Virus record (IMG/VR): IMGVR_UViG_3300027668_001405
Span: 32,001-96,000 of that record
Origin: a virus
Length of the DNA: 64,000 nucleotides
Reading direction: 5' to 3' (one strand)
Positions within the stretch are counted from its first letter, which is position 1; every line of letters begins with the position of its first letter. The position numbers and the translations under genes are program-made. Shown one piece after another: positions 48,939-57,305 of this stretch. The notes under the pieces are model-generated. The model did not search any database. It was not told where the DNA came from and was given only the letters and a program-made list of their open reading frames with translations.

Positions 48939-50235
48939 AGACCACGAACAACTAGCAATAAAGGAAGCTAAGGCCTGGTTACTCGAGCCTGGTAATAACT
49001 TCTGTGCTATGCCGTTTATACATATGGCAATTGAAGCCACTGGCGACATACGTCCATGTTGCATGGGCAAGCCTTTAGAAGGAATGAGTATAATAGGTAG
49101 TACAGTTGCAGAACAGTTCAGGTCTCCAATAAGAGAAGAGTTTGTAGAAAAATTTAGAAACAATTCAAAGCCAGCTGAGTGTTCAGCGTGTTGGAAAGAT
49201 CCTTTTATTAGAGCAAAGTTTTCAACCTCACCTGGAGCATTATCATCTACAATAAATTTTATGAACACTGGATCTATTGAGAAAGAACTAATATGGTTAG
49301 AGATTAAGCCGGGCAATAGATGTAATTTAAAGTGCAGGATATGTGGAGTACACAACAGTAGTGCATGGGCAAAAGATGCTAACTCATTACGCAATTTTAA
49401 ATTTGGCGAGAATGTTCCTTTTAAAGAAAGTGAAGCATTCCAAGTAACACAAGCTGGCGAGTGGATTGAAGATGAAAACTTCTGGACTCAACTGTCTGGA
49501 TTTGAGTCTATTGAGTTTTTACATTTTATGGGCGGAGAACCTTTTATGGTACCTGAACATTTTCAAATGCTAGAACACCTGGTTGCAATGCCACACTTGG
49601 ATACATCAAGAATAACGTTAGCTTACAATACAAATGGCACATATTTTCCTAGCGAAGAGAACTTAGAACTATATAAGAATTTTAAGAAAGTACATATGTC
49701 ACTAAGTATAGACGACTTTGGACCTAGATTTGAATATCAACGTAAACTAGCTGAATGGGACCAAGTAAAAGAGAACCTTAGAAAGTTTGCTTTATTAGGA
49801 GAAGATGATAAGTTCTTTGTTAATCTAGATCCTACTGTAAGTAACTATAACATATTTTACATGGCAGAGATTTGGGACGAGTTCACTAAACTTGGCTTTA
49901 GGTTTCAAAGAGGTGGATTGAATCATTTTGTATTTACTGGTCCAGATGCAATTATTAATATTCCAGTTGAGATGAAGAAAATAATAACTGATAAATATGA
50001 GTATGCACGTACAAATACAGGACTTGTTGAAGCCTATACAGTGTCAGCAATAGATTACATGAATAGTCAAAGACCAAATCCTGAAGCTTGGAGTGACTTC
50101 ATAAATAAAACTATGCACTTGGACAGTATCAGAAAAGAATCGTTTGAACAGACGTTTCCAGAGATGCATGCACTAATAAAGGGTACAGATGGTTTTAAGA
50201 GACAGATGGCTATAATGGAATCCATGAATGAATAA
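48928..50235 (+). CDS. radical SAM protein with N-terminal twitch/SPASM-like domain
   Basis: FCAMPF..PCC..CSAC; CNLKCRIC; GGEP; NTNG. Confidence 0.9.
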   Translation: MQNRDHEQLAIKEAKAWLLEPGNNFCAMPFIHMAIEATGDIRPCCMGKPLEGMSIIGSTVAEQFRSPIREEFVEKFRNNSKPAECSACWKDPFIRAKFSTSPGALSSTINFMNTGSIEKELIWLEIKPGNRCNLKCRICGVHNSSAWAKDANSLRNFKFGENVPFKESEAFQVTQAGEWIEDENFWTQLSGFESIEFLHFMGGEPFMVPEHFQMLEHLVAMPHLDTSRITLAYNTNGTYFPSEENLELYKNFKKVHMSLSIDDFGPRFEYQRKLAEWDQVKENLRKFALLGEDDKFFVNLDPTVSNYNIFYMAEIWDEFTKLGFRFQRGGLNHFVFTGPDAIINIPVEMKKIITDKYEYARTNTGLVEAYTVSAIDYMNSQRPNPEAWSDFINKTMHLDSIRKESFEQTFPEMHALIKGTDGFKRQMAIMESMNE

Positions 50236-50590
50236 TTTTAAAAACTTAATCAAGCACTATGATGATAAACCGTCTGAAGAGGATAACGCAAACAATGTTA
50301 TGGCTCGTGATGAGAATGATTTCCGTGGATGGGAATGTTGGGCAGGAGTACAAAACATTACTATTAGTAATACGGGAGATGTGTACAGAGCAATATGTAA
50401 AGTGGGTGGTAAACTTGGAAACATTTATGATGGATTTGAGATGCCCCAAGAAACAATTATATGTAATAAGCCTAGATGTATTTGTTCAGCAGATGTGCAG
50501 TTATCTAAAGCGTTACCAGAGCACGTACATAAATTAAGAATAGGCAATGAATCAAACCAATTAAACTTTGATGACATATATAGATCATGA
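50228..50590 (+). CDS. stand-alone SPASM-like domain, probable detached C-terminus of 47281..48000
   Basis: FRGWECWAG..AIC..LGNI..ICNKPRCICSAD aligns with the C-terminus of 51875..53062. Confidence 0.75.
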   Translation: MNNFKNLIKHYDDKPSEEDNANNVMARDENDFRGWECWAGVQNITISNTGDVYRAICKVGGKLGNIYDGFEMPQETIICNKPRCICSADVQLSKALPEHVHKLRIGNESNQLNFDDIYRS

Positions 50591-51885
50591 ACAATTATAA
50601 CAAATTTAAAGAACGAGCAATAGGCAAGCTACATGGGATGCCAGTAGACAAAGAAACATTTTGTCCACTACCATTTGTACATGTTAGCACAATGCCACAT
50701 GGTGAAGTTAAACTATGTTGTAGAGCTCAACCACCTAAGAACGGAACAAACCCTAACGTTAAGAATCCTGAGTTTAATCTTAAAGATTATTGGCACAGTG
50801 AATATATGAATGAGGTGCGTGATGACTTAATATTAGGTGTAAAGAATTCACAGTGTAGTAATTGCTGGAAGATGGAAGACAACGAAATTGTTAGTTTACG
50901 TATGAATAGAATTACTGACTTAATGGACAACGATACATACAAACAGAATATAAACAAGTACCTAGTAGAACGTGAAGTAGATTTTAGTATTCCACTAATT
51001 GAACTTAAACTAAGCAACGTGTGCAACTTTAAGTGTCGCATGTGTTGGCCAAAGGATAGTTCAAAGTGGGTAACAGACTGGGATAAAGTTTCTAAATTTT
51101 ACAGTGAAGGCGACCAGCGTTACATAGAAGAGATTGTAGATAGCAACGGCCTACGTAAATCTAGGGTAATGAATTTATATGAGAAGGATAAAGACTTTGT
51201 TGATCAATTACTTGAATTGATGTCAACAGTTGAAGAAATAGAATTTGCCGGAGGCGAACCATTAATGGATCCAATACATTATCGTGTATTAAACAACATA
51301 CCAAATCCTGAGAATGTTACACTAAAATACAGCACAAACCTAAGCATTATGAAGATGGGCAAAAACAACGTAATTGACTTGTGGAAGAAGTTCAAGAGCA
51401 TTAAACTTACAATTAGCATAGATGGATATAAAGATCTTAATGCTAAAATTAGACGTGGTGCTGACTGGGACCTACTAAAGCATAACATTGCACTTGTTAA
51501 AGAGCATTGTCCTAACATAGATGTAATCAAAGGATCAACATGTATTAGCGGTATGAACGCAGAAGACTTGGGCAAAACAGCTGAAGCTATTGTGTTTGAA
51601 TTAGGTATACATTGGCACACAAGTCGTGTACAATGGCCCGATTTTTTACATGCTAACGTATTAAGCCCTGTACAACTAAAACGCGGTATTGATAGCTTAC
51701 AGACGCTCTTAGACACCCTGCCGGGGCGTGATAACGTACCCAGACAGTTTATGATGGAAACACATATTAAAGGTGCAATGAGCTGGTTAGAGTCATGTAT
51801 AGAGAAAAACGAACACCACAACAAATACACAAAATTTACTGAATTTAATGCAAAAATAACGGAGATGGATACAAATGGAAAATAA
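50587..51885 (+). CDS. radical SAM protein with N-terminal twitch/SPASM-like domain
   Basis: FCPLPF..LCC..CSNC; CNFKCRMC; GGEP; STN. Confidence 0.9.
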   Translation: MNNYNKFKERAIGKLHGMPVDKETFCPLPFVHVSTMPHGEVKLCCRAQPPKNGTNPNVKNPEFNLKDYWHSEYMNEVRDDLILGVKNSQCSNCWKMEDNEIVSLRMNRITDLMDNDTYKQNINKYLVEREVDFSIPLIELKLSNVCNFKCRMCWPKDSSKWVTDWDKVSKFYSEGDQRYIEEIVDSNGLRKSRVMNLYEKDKDFVDQLLELMSTVEEIEFAGGEPLMDPIHYRVLNNIPNPENVTLKYSTNLSIMKMGKNNVIDLWKKFKSIKLTISIDGYKDLNAKIRRGADWDLLKHNIALVKEHCPNIDVIKGSTCISGMNAEDLGKTAEAIVFELGIHWHTSRVQWPDFLHANVLSPVQLKRGIDSLQTLLDTLPGRDNVPRQFMMETHIKGAMSWLESCIEKNEHHNKYTKFTEFNAKITEMDTNGK

Positions 51886-53062
51886 AGAAGACTTGAAATG
51901 GAGCGAATATGACTTTACTAAAACACCATACGATAAGTTGGTGCGTGTGGGTCAGCGTAATATTCTGTACCGCGACATGTTTACTGTTAGTTGGTTGCTT
52001 GGCCGTTTTTGCAACTATAATTGTAGCTACTGTTGGCCTTACGCTAGGAGTGGTAAAAAAGATCACAGACCTACTGAACTAAATTTAAAGACTATTGATG
52101 AGATTAAACGTCAAGCACGTGAACGTGGATTTAATAGTTTCCACTTTAGTCTAAGTGGAGGCGAACCAACTTTCCATCCAGGCTACTTAGACATGTTAAA
52201 GCATCTAAGTGATGATGCACATAACACAAACTATACAAGTGTACACATGACATCAAATTGTAGTCGTAATATGAAATGGTTTAAGACATATTGTGAATAC
52301 GCAAGTAAATTCCATCGTGCAAGTATTACAGCTAGTTTGCATACTGAACATGTTAACACACCTGAGAAGATGCAAGACTTGGCAGAGAAATTAATCATGT
52401 GTCAAGAACATGATGTACAGGTAACTATTAACATGGTTATGGTTCCTGATCTATTCCAAGAATATTATGATAATGCATTATTTTATCATAACCAAGGAAT
52501 TAACGTTACGCTAAAACCTCAATCAGATCCAACAGCAAGTAAAATTGTAGATGGTTACACACCTGAGATGTTAGCTAAGTTGCACAACGGTATGCCACAA
52601 CGTAGTTACACAGAAGCTAAAGCACAACATAAGCAGTTAGTGGTTAGACCTAAGCCTACATTTAAAATTGATAAAGACGATCATTATCGTAAGCAAACAG
52701 CGGCAGTGCCGTGGAATATGCAAGTAGAATTTAGAGACGATAAAGGTGATCCATATTACATGGACCAAGCAGAACGTTTTAATGCGTTTAACTTTAATAA
52801 GTTTAAAGGGTGGGAATGTAGTAGTGGATATCGTAGTATTATTATCCGTGAACCTGATGGAAGTGTGAAGCGTAGTTATAGCTGTCACGATCAACCTCTA
52901 GGTAACATTGAAACAGGATTTAAGTTGTTTGATGGACCTAAGGTGTGTACAACAGATTCATGTGTTAGTAGTGCAGATAGTAAAATCCCCAAACGAGCGC
53001 CGGGGACTAAGTTGCCTTTATGGCCAGGTGATAAAACATATGAGCATGGAACGTTTGACTAA
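51875..53062 (+). CDS. radical SAM protein with C-terminal SPASM-like domain
   Basis: WLLGRFCNYNCSYC, SGGEP, TSN; FKGWECSSG..SC..LGNI..CTTDSCVSSAD. Confidence 0.9.
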   Translation: MENKEDLKWSEYDFTKTPYDKLVRVGQRNILYRDMFTVSWLLGRFCNYNCSYCWPYARSGKKDHRPTELNLKTIDEIKRQARERGFNSFHFSLSGGEPTFHPGYLDMLKHLSDDAHNTNYTSVHMTSNCSRNMKWFKTYCEYASKFHRASITASLHTEHVNTPEKMQDLAEKLIMCQEHDVQVTINMVMVPDLFQEYYDNALFYHNQGINVTLKPQSDPTASKIVDGYTPEMLAKLHNGMPQRSYTEAKAQHKQLVVRPKPTFKIDKDDHYRKQTAAVPWNMQVEFRDDKGDPYYMDQAERFNAFNFNKFKGWECSSGYRSIIIREPDGSVKRSYSCHDQPLGNIETGFKLFDGPKVCTTDSCVSSADSKIPKRAPGTKLPLWPGDKTYEHGTFD

Positions 53063-53063
53063 G

Positions 53064-53534
53064 CTATTTTATGTTAGCCCACTTCTTTTCTGAACAGCCT
53101 TCTTTCTGTGCCCAACGAATAAACAATCCACACTCTCTACCATTAGCTTCAATCTCCCAAGGCAGATCCCAATAGTCTGTGGCATCACTAATCATTTGAT
53201 CTTTCCACTTCCAATACTTTGCTTTACTGGCCTGTGTGTTTGAGTGTACGTAGTCAGTCATCTCTCTACGAGCATACTGTTTAACATGTACCATTTCGTG
53301 TGCAACAGTTTCTAGCATTGTACGCAAGCCTACAGTATGATCAACTTCAATAAAGAAGTCTCTATCTGTCTCACGCAAACAATATCCGTTTGCATCACCT
53401 TTTAGTTTTGTTAGTTTAACCTCTATTCTAAGACTTGCCATACGTGGCATTAATTTCTTTATGCAATAATTAACCATAGAACGAGCATACTCACGTTGGC
53501 GAGTCTTGCCTCCTATAATTTCAATATCATTCAT
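53064..53534 (-). CDS. zincin-like metalloprotease-domain protein
   Basis: VAHEMVHVKQY (HExxH), YWDLPWEIEA. Confidence 0.7.
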   Translation of the reverse strand: MNDIEIIGGKTRQREYARSMVNYCIKKLMPRMASLRIEVKLTKLKGDANGYCLRETDRDFFIEVDHTVGLRTMLETVAHEMVHVKQYARREMTDYVHSNTQASKAKYWKWKDQMISDATDYWDLPWEIEANGRECGLFIRWAQKEGCSEKKWANIK

Positions 53535-53538
53535 AATA

Positions 53539-53754
53539 TTATCTTTCTAATACACAAAACGAACCAAAGTGCTTATCAAAAACACTTACTAAATTTTCAT
53601 AATCCCCTGACATCATTTCTTTTGTAATTAATGCGCCGTCCATATTAAGTTGTCTAGCAAAGTTGCTAGCATGAGCCATCATATTAAACGCATTACCTTC
53701 AGGGCCTGTTAAGTCAATAACTACCTCAGTAACTGGTTGCTTTTCTCTAATCAT
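53539..53754 (-). CDS. conserved phage hypothetical protein
   Basis: IDLTGPEGNAF...GDYENL. Confidence 0.6.
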   Translation of the reverse strand: MIREKQPVTEVVIDLTGPEGNAFNMMAHASNFARQLNMDGALITKEMMSGDYENLVSVFDKHFGSFCVLER

Positions 53755-54113
53755 TTGCTAATTCCTAAAAAGTCTGTTTTCAACACTTCCAATTGATTAA
53801 TTGAATCAGGGTACTTTGTAAGCAAATCTACTGGATCAAGTTTATCTGCCATCTCTTCAAACGATTGATAAAAAGCTTCTGGTGTTTCAAACTTATCACC
53901 AACTGCCATAAAACAATCAGCATCAACATAGTTCCAATTAATAGCTCCATCTTCGTCTATGTTCTCAGAATTAGCAATAGCTTTTATCATAGTTGTTTCC
54001 AACATATCTTGTTGCTTCAATGTGTTCCAAAGACTTTCAGGAATAACTTGGTAGCCCATAATTGTTTTTGCGTTACAGTATTCTGCGTAAGTATTATATT
54101 TGCTTGCTATCAT
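53751..54113 (-). CDS. hypothetical protein
   Basis: First gene after the early promoter; RBS AAGGA. Confidence 0.65.
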   Translation of the reverse strand: MIASKYNTYAEYCNAKTIMGYQVIPESLWNTLKQQDMLETTMIKAIANSENIDEDGAINWNYVDADCFMAVGDKFETPEAFYQSFEEMADKLDPVDLLTKYPDSINQLEVLKTDFLGISK

Positions 54114-54148
54114 TTTGTAGTTCCTTGCTTTGTTTAACTTATACTACT

Positions 54149-54177
54149 ATTATAGCAAGAACTCTTGGTACTGTCAA
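54149..54177 (-). promoter_or_regulatory. sigma70-type early promoter
   Basis: Reverse-strand TTGACA-17-TATAAT. Confidence 0.85.
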
Positions 54178-54244
54178 CCTTTTTATTCATTAAAAAACCC
54201 TGTAAAAACAAGGCTTTATAATTTATTTTGATTTAATTTTAAAT

Positions 54245-54751
54245 TTATCTAACTATTTGGTTGATTATTCCCTGATCTACGCCATTAGCCTTCAGTTCTT
54301 TTTCCTTAGGAGGCAATGCAAAACGTTTAATCCTGTCAAACGTAAACTCATCATTGCTTATTAGGCCACCCTTTTGCTCTTCTTTAACTTTAAACTGGCC
54401 TTCCATTGGAGTACCTTCTTCTGCCTTCTGCTTCATGCCTTGCATCTTCTTTGCATTCTCTTTTGTGTATGGCATTCTGTAATACGTTGGTCTAGGTTCG
54501 TCAGCATGCCTAACCAAAAAGTAAATGTTGGGCTTTTGTACTTCTGCCCATAACACTGTTACTTCACCTTTTGGTAGTGCATCAACTGGCGTACCTTGTA
54601 GTACATATATCGAATAGCCTGTAAATATACTGCTCACTAATACAAGTGGGATTAAAAAGAACGTAATAACGTTATTCTTTCCAGTTTGTATAATAGCATA
54701 TATAGCAACCACTGCTAACATGAACAGTAAAATTGTAGCTAGGTAAATCAT
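54245..54751 (-). CDS. membrane protein (two N-terminal TM helices)
   Basis: MIYLATILLFMLAVVAIYAII..; ATG at 54751. Confidence 0.65.
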   Translation of the reverse strand: MIYLATILLFMLAVVAIYAIIQTGKNNVITFFLIPLVLVSSIFTGYSIYVLQGTPVDALPKGEVTVLWAEVQKPNIYFLVRHADEPRPTYYRMPYTKENAKKMQGMKQKAEEGTPMEGQFKVKEEQKGGLISNDEFTFDRIKRFALPPKEKELKANGVDQGIINQIVR

Positions 54752-54851
54752 TATATACCTTTCAGTTTCGTAAAGCCTGAAAATGAACGACATTTTGCTG
54801 CCTGAGATCTTTGAAAACGATTCAATCCTCTAGCTAAAAATATATCTTGTA

Positions 54852-55934
54852 TCATTGGGTTTCCTCCTGTTTAAGTGGATGTGCAGGATCTACATTTAAG
54901 TATTTCCCCCACTCTGCATAGTAATGACGCATACCAACTTCATCGTGTATAGTATTGTTTTCGTGTCTACCATGTAGTATGTTTCTTCGTTCTGTTCCTG
55001 GTGCCATTGCTACACCCTGTCCTGTTACTCCTAGCAAATCTTCATGTAAGTTACGACCAAATGGACCCCATATAGAGTTATGATCATTTACACGTTGCTT
55101 TCGTTCTTCTGGAGTATCTTTTAATAATCCGTATCCACGGAATTCAATTAATACGCTGTTTGGTCCTAGTGGAGTAATACTATCACTACGATACGCACTA
55201 CCACGTAGGTTAAAATTGTAACCTGGAAACAAGTCTACCATGTACCACTGATTTGGTGGAACACCTGGAAAGCTCAATGCTCCTCTATCTGCGGCTCCTT
55301 CAAACTTATCATACTGCACTTCAAAGCTACCAACATTAACATGCCCGTTGTCAAACCCTGTACATGCACGAGCAAAGTACTCAGGAGTGAATCCGGTAAT
55401 TCTATTAAAGTAATGCATGTAATCGTGATAGAACTCACTGTTAGTATCATGCCATAGTTTATAGTTTGTAGGTATAATTGCTTTATGATAATGGAACACT
55501 TCTAGTTCCTCTGTATCAATAGCTGTATCAATACAATCAAATGCACCGTCTGTCCATTCTTCAACACTCATACTTGGTTCAGGATTTAGTGTTGTCCATA
55601 CCATGCCTCCGTGTTTTACTTCACAAGGTAATTCCTTTGCACCAACAAGATTAGCCCAGGTTGTAATACCTGCTACGCCACGTATGTTACCAGGATTAAT
55701 ATATGATTTAATATGGTCACCGTGATTTACTATGACTATGTTTTGAAATGCAATCTGTGATGTTCTATAGCTACCTATTTCTTTTATTTCACTTTTATGT
55801 ATAATTGGGATCCATACTTTAGCAAAGATTTCTTTAATCTCTTCTTCGTATATTTCTTGACTGCTGTAGCACTCGCTACTAATATATTCAACTGTTGGTT
55901 CTTCTAACCAATTTTTATGATTACGGGCTGGCAT
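54852..55934 (-). CDS. ring-hydroxylating oxygenase alpha-subunit homolog lacking the Rieske ligands
   Basis: EIFAKVW..HKSE, NYKLWHDTNSEFYHDYMH, LFPGYN, LHED; no CxH/CxxH. Confidence 0.75.
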   Translation of the reverse strand: MPARNHKNWLEEPTVEYISSECYSSQEIYEEEIKEIFAKVWIPIIHKSEIKEIGSYRTSQIAFQNIVIVNHGDHIKSYINPGNIRGVAGITTWANLVGAKELPCEVKHGGMVWTTLNPEPSMSVEEWTDGAFDCIDTAIDTEELEVFHYHKAIIPTNYKLWHDTNSEFYHDYMHYFNRITGFTPEYFARACTGFDNGHVNVGSFEVQYDKFEGAADRGALSFPGVPPNQWYMVDLFPGYNFNLRGSAYRSDSITPLGPNSVLIEFRGYGLLKDTPEERKQRVNDHNSIWGPFGRNLHEDLLGVTGQGVAMAPGTERRNILHGRHENNTIHDEVGMRHYYAEWGKYLNVDPAHPLKQEETQ

Positions 55935-55965
55935 AATTAATCTCCTATGCGTTATCCTTCTTCAA

Positions 55966-55973
55966 TATTTATC
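55966..55973 (-). promoter_or_regulatory. late promoter motif GATAAATA
   Basis: Reverse strand, upstream of the oxygenase gene. Confidence 0.45.
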
Positions 55974-55974
55974 A

Positions 55975-56574
55975 TTATGGCATTGCTCCACCATTTGGAA
56001 CAACATTTTTAAAGTGCTGGAATATTTCTGTAACAAATCCTTCTGCATCTATCGTAAACGCAGGCAATCTATTAATTTCTCGCTTTCTAGTTATAACACC
56101 TGATATGCTGTATACTTCTCTATAAGGGTTAACCTTTAGTACAGTAACAGTATAGTCAACTGGCTCTGGTCCACGCTTGGAATATCCATGCACTGATACA
56201 AAATAGTCGCCTGGTATAATACCTCTAATAGTTGCTGTTTCTCTATTAGACTTTACGACTAGTGTTACTCCGTCAACAACAATCCTATCGTTGGCATGTC
56301 CTAGATCATCTCTGTCTAGGTGTACAGGAGTATTTTCTCTATTACTAAATCCTACAGGGTGGTCTTCATCACGTGCAACCCATAAGTCCATGTCATCTGT
56401 CAGTTCTTTGTTCCATTCTAAGATGATAACAAATTCTGCCTTATTGGGTATGTCAGCTTTTTTGCTTATGGGATTGATTAGCAGAAATGCTATTACAAAT
56501 AATAGCACAAAGCCAATCAGAACATTGAATAGCAGGTCCACAAAGGACAAATTAGAATGAAATCTTCTAGCCAT
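55975..56574 (-). CDS. single-TM protein with ExbD/TolR/MotB-like anchor
   Basis: SFVDLLFNVLIGF (intramembrane Asp); soluble domain with DMDLWV..DRDDLG. Confidence 0.6.
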   Translation of the reverse strand: MARRFHSNLSFVDLLFNVLIGFVLLFVIAFLLINPISKKADIPNKAEFVIILEWNKELTDDMDLWVARDEDHPVGFSNRENTPVHLDRDDLGHANDRIVVDGVTLVVKSNRETATIRGIIPGDYFVSVHGYSKRGPEPVDYTVTVLKVNPYREVYSISGVITRKREINRLPAFTIDAEGFVTEIFQHFKNVVPNGGAMP

Positions 56575-57007
56575 GCTCTTCTTCTTGCATTACTATTTGT
56601 ACCTTAACAAACAAGCTAGCAACAAGTCCACACAATGTAGTTAACAATGCTGTACTCATACCACTTGCCATGTCTGTGATAACTTGTTTCATACTATCAA
56701 CATTACTTGGGTCAATGTTAGCAAAACTACTTCCTAGCATTAGCATGAAACCTATTACAGTTCCTACCATGCCTATAGTCATGCACGACTCTGCCATAAA
56801 GAACGGCAGATCTAAATTAATTTTTTGTTTGAAATTACGGTAACCTACTATCAGTGTAGCTGTTGCCCATATGGTTATGATTACAAAGCTCAACTTGGTT
56901 ACATCATTGTCTATAAGAAATTGGATAGCATCAAAATATACTGCTATACCTACGGCGATTGCTTGCACAACTGCAATTAACCACCAGATTAAAAACGTTC
57001 TATTCAT
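56567..57007 (-). CDS. MotA/TolQ/ExbB proton-channel family protein
   Basis: GMVGTVIGFM and GMSTALLTTLCGL TM motifs. Confidence 0.75.
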   Translation of the reverse strand: MNRTFLIWWLIAVVQAIAVGIAVYFDAIQFLIDNDVTKLSFVIITIWATATLIVGYRNFKQKINLDLPFFMAESCMTIGMVGTVIGFMLMLGSSFANIDPSNVDSMKQVITDMASGMSTALLTTLCGLVASLFVKVQIVMQEEEHG

Positions 57008-57026
57008 CTTAGTCCCTCTATATTAT

Positions 57027-57305
57027 TTACCTAATATTATTAGATAAACGCATCAGCATAGCCTGCTTTTCATCAAGCAGTAAGTACACTTTCATTGGTG
57101 TATCATCTGAAATACAACAACGTTCTAACTCACTCCATATTTCTGTAACAGTACCAATAGCGGCCTTGCTGTTACCTACGAAGAAAATCTTCTGGTCTTG
57201 ATACTCTTTTACTACTTGCTTTATATAGGCGGGAGTGCCCGTCAGTTTAAAAGATATTAAATTACCCATGTGTTCCGGACCATTTTCAATAGTCAGTTTC
57301 ATCAC
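57027..57305 (-). CDS. hypothetical protein
   Basis: 92 aa ORF. Confidence 0.55.
   Translation of the reverse strand: MMKLTIENGPEHMGNLISFKLTGTPAYIKQVVKEYQDQKIFFVGNSKAAIGTVTEIWSELERCCISDDTPMKVYLLLDEKQAMLMRLSNNIR

Noticed and set aside
47996-50253. 9-bp CTTAATCAA repeat as proof of a transposon target-site duplication
   Set aside because: No transposase or terminal inverted repeats, excision would not restore the frame, and short repeats arise by chance in AT-rich DNA. Mentioned only as a supporting hint.
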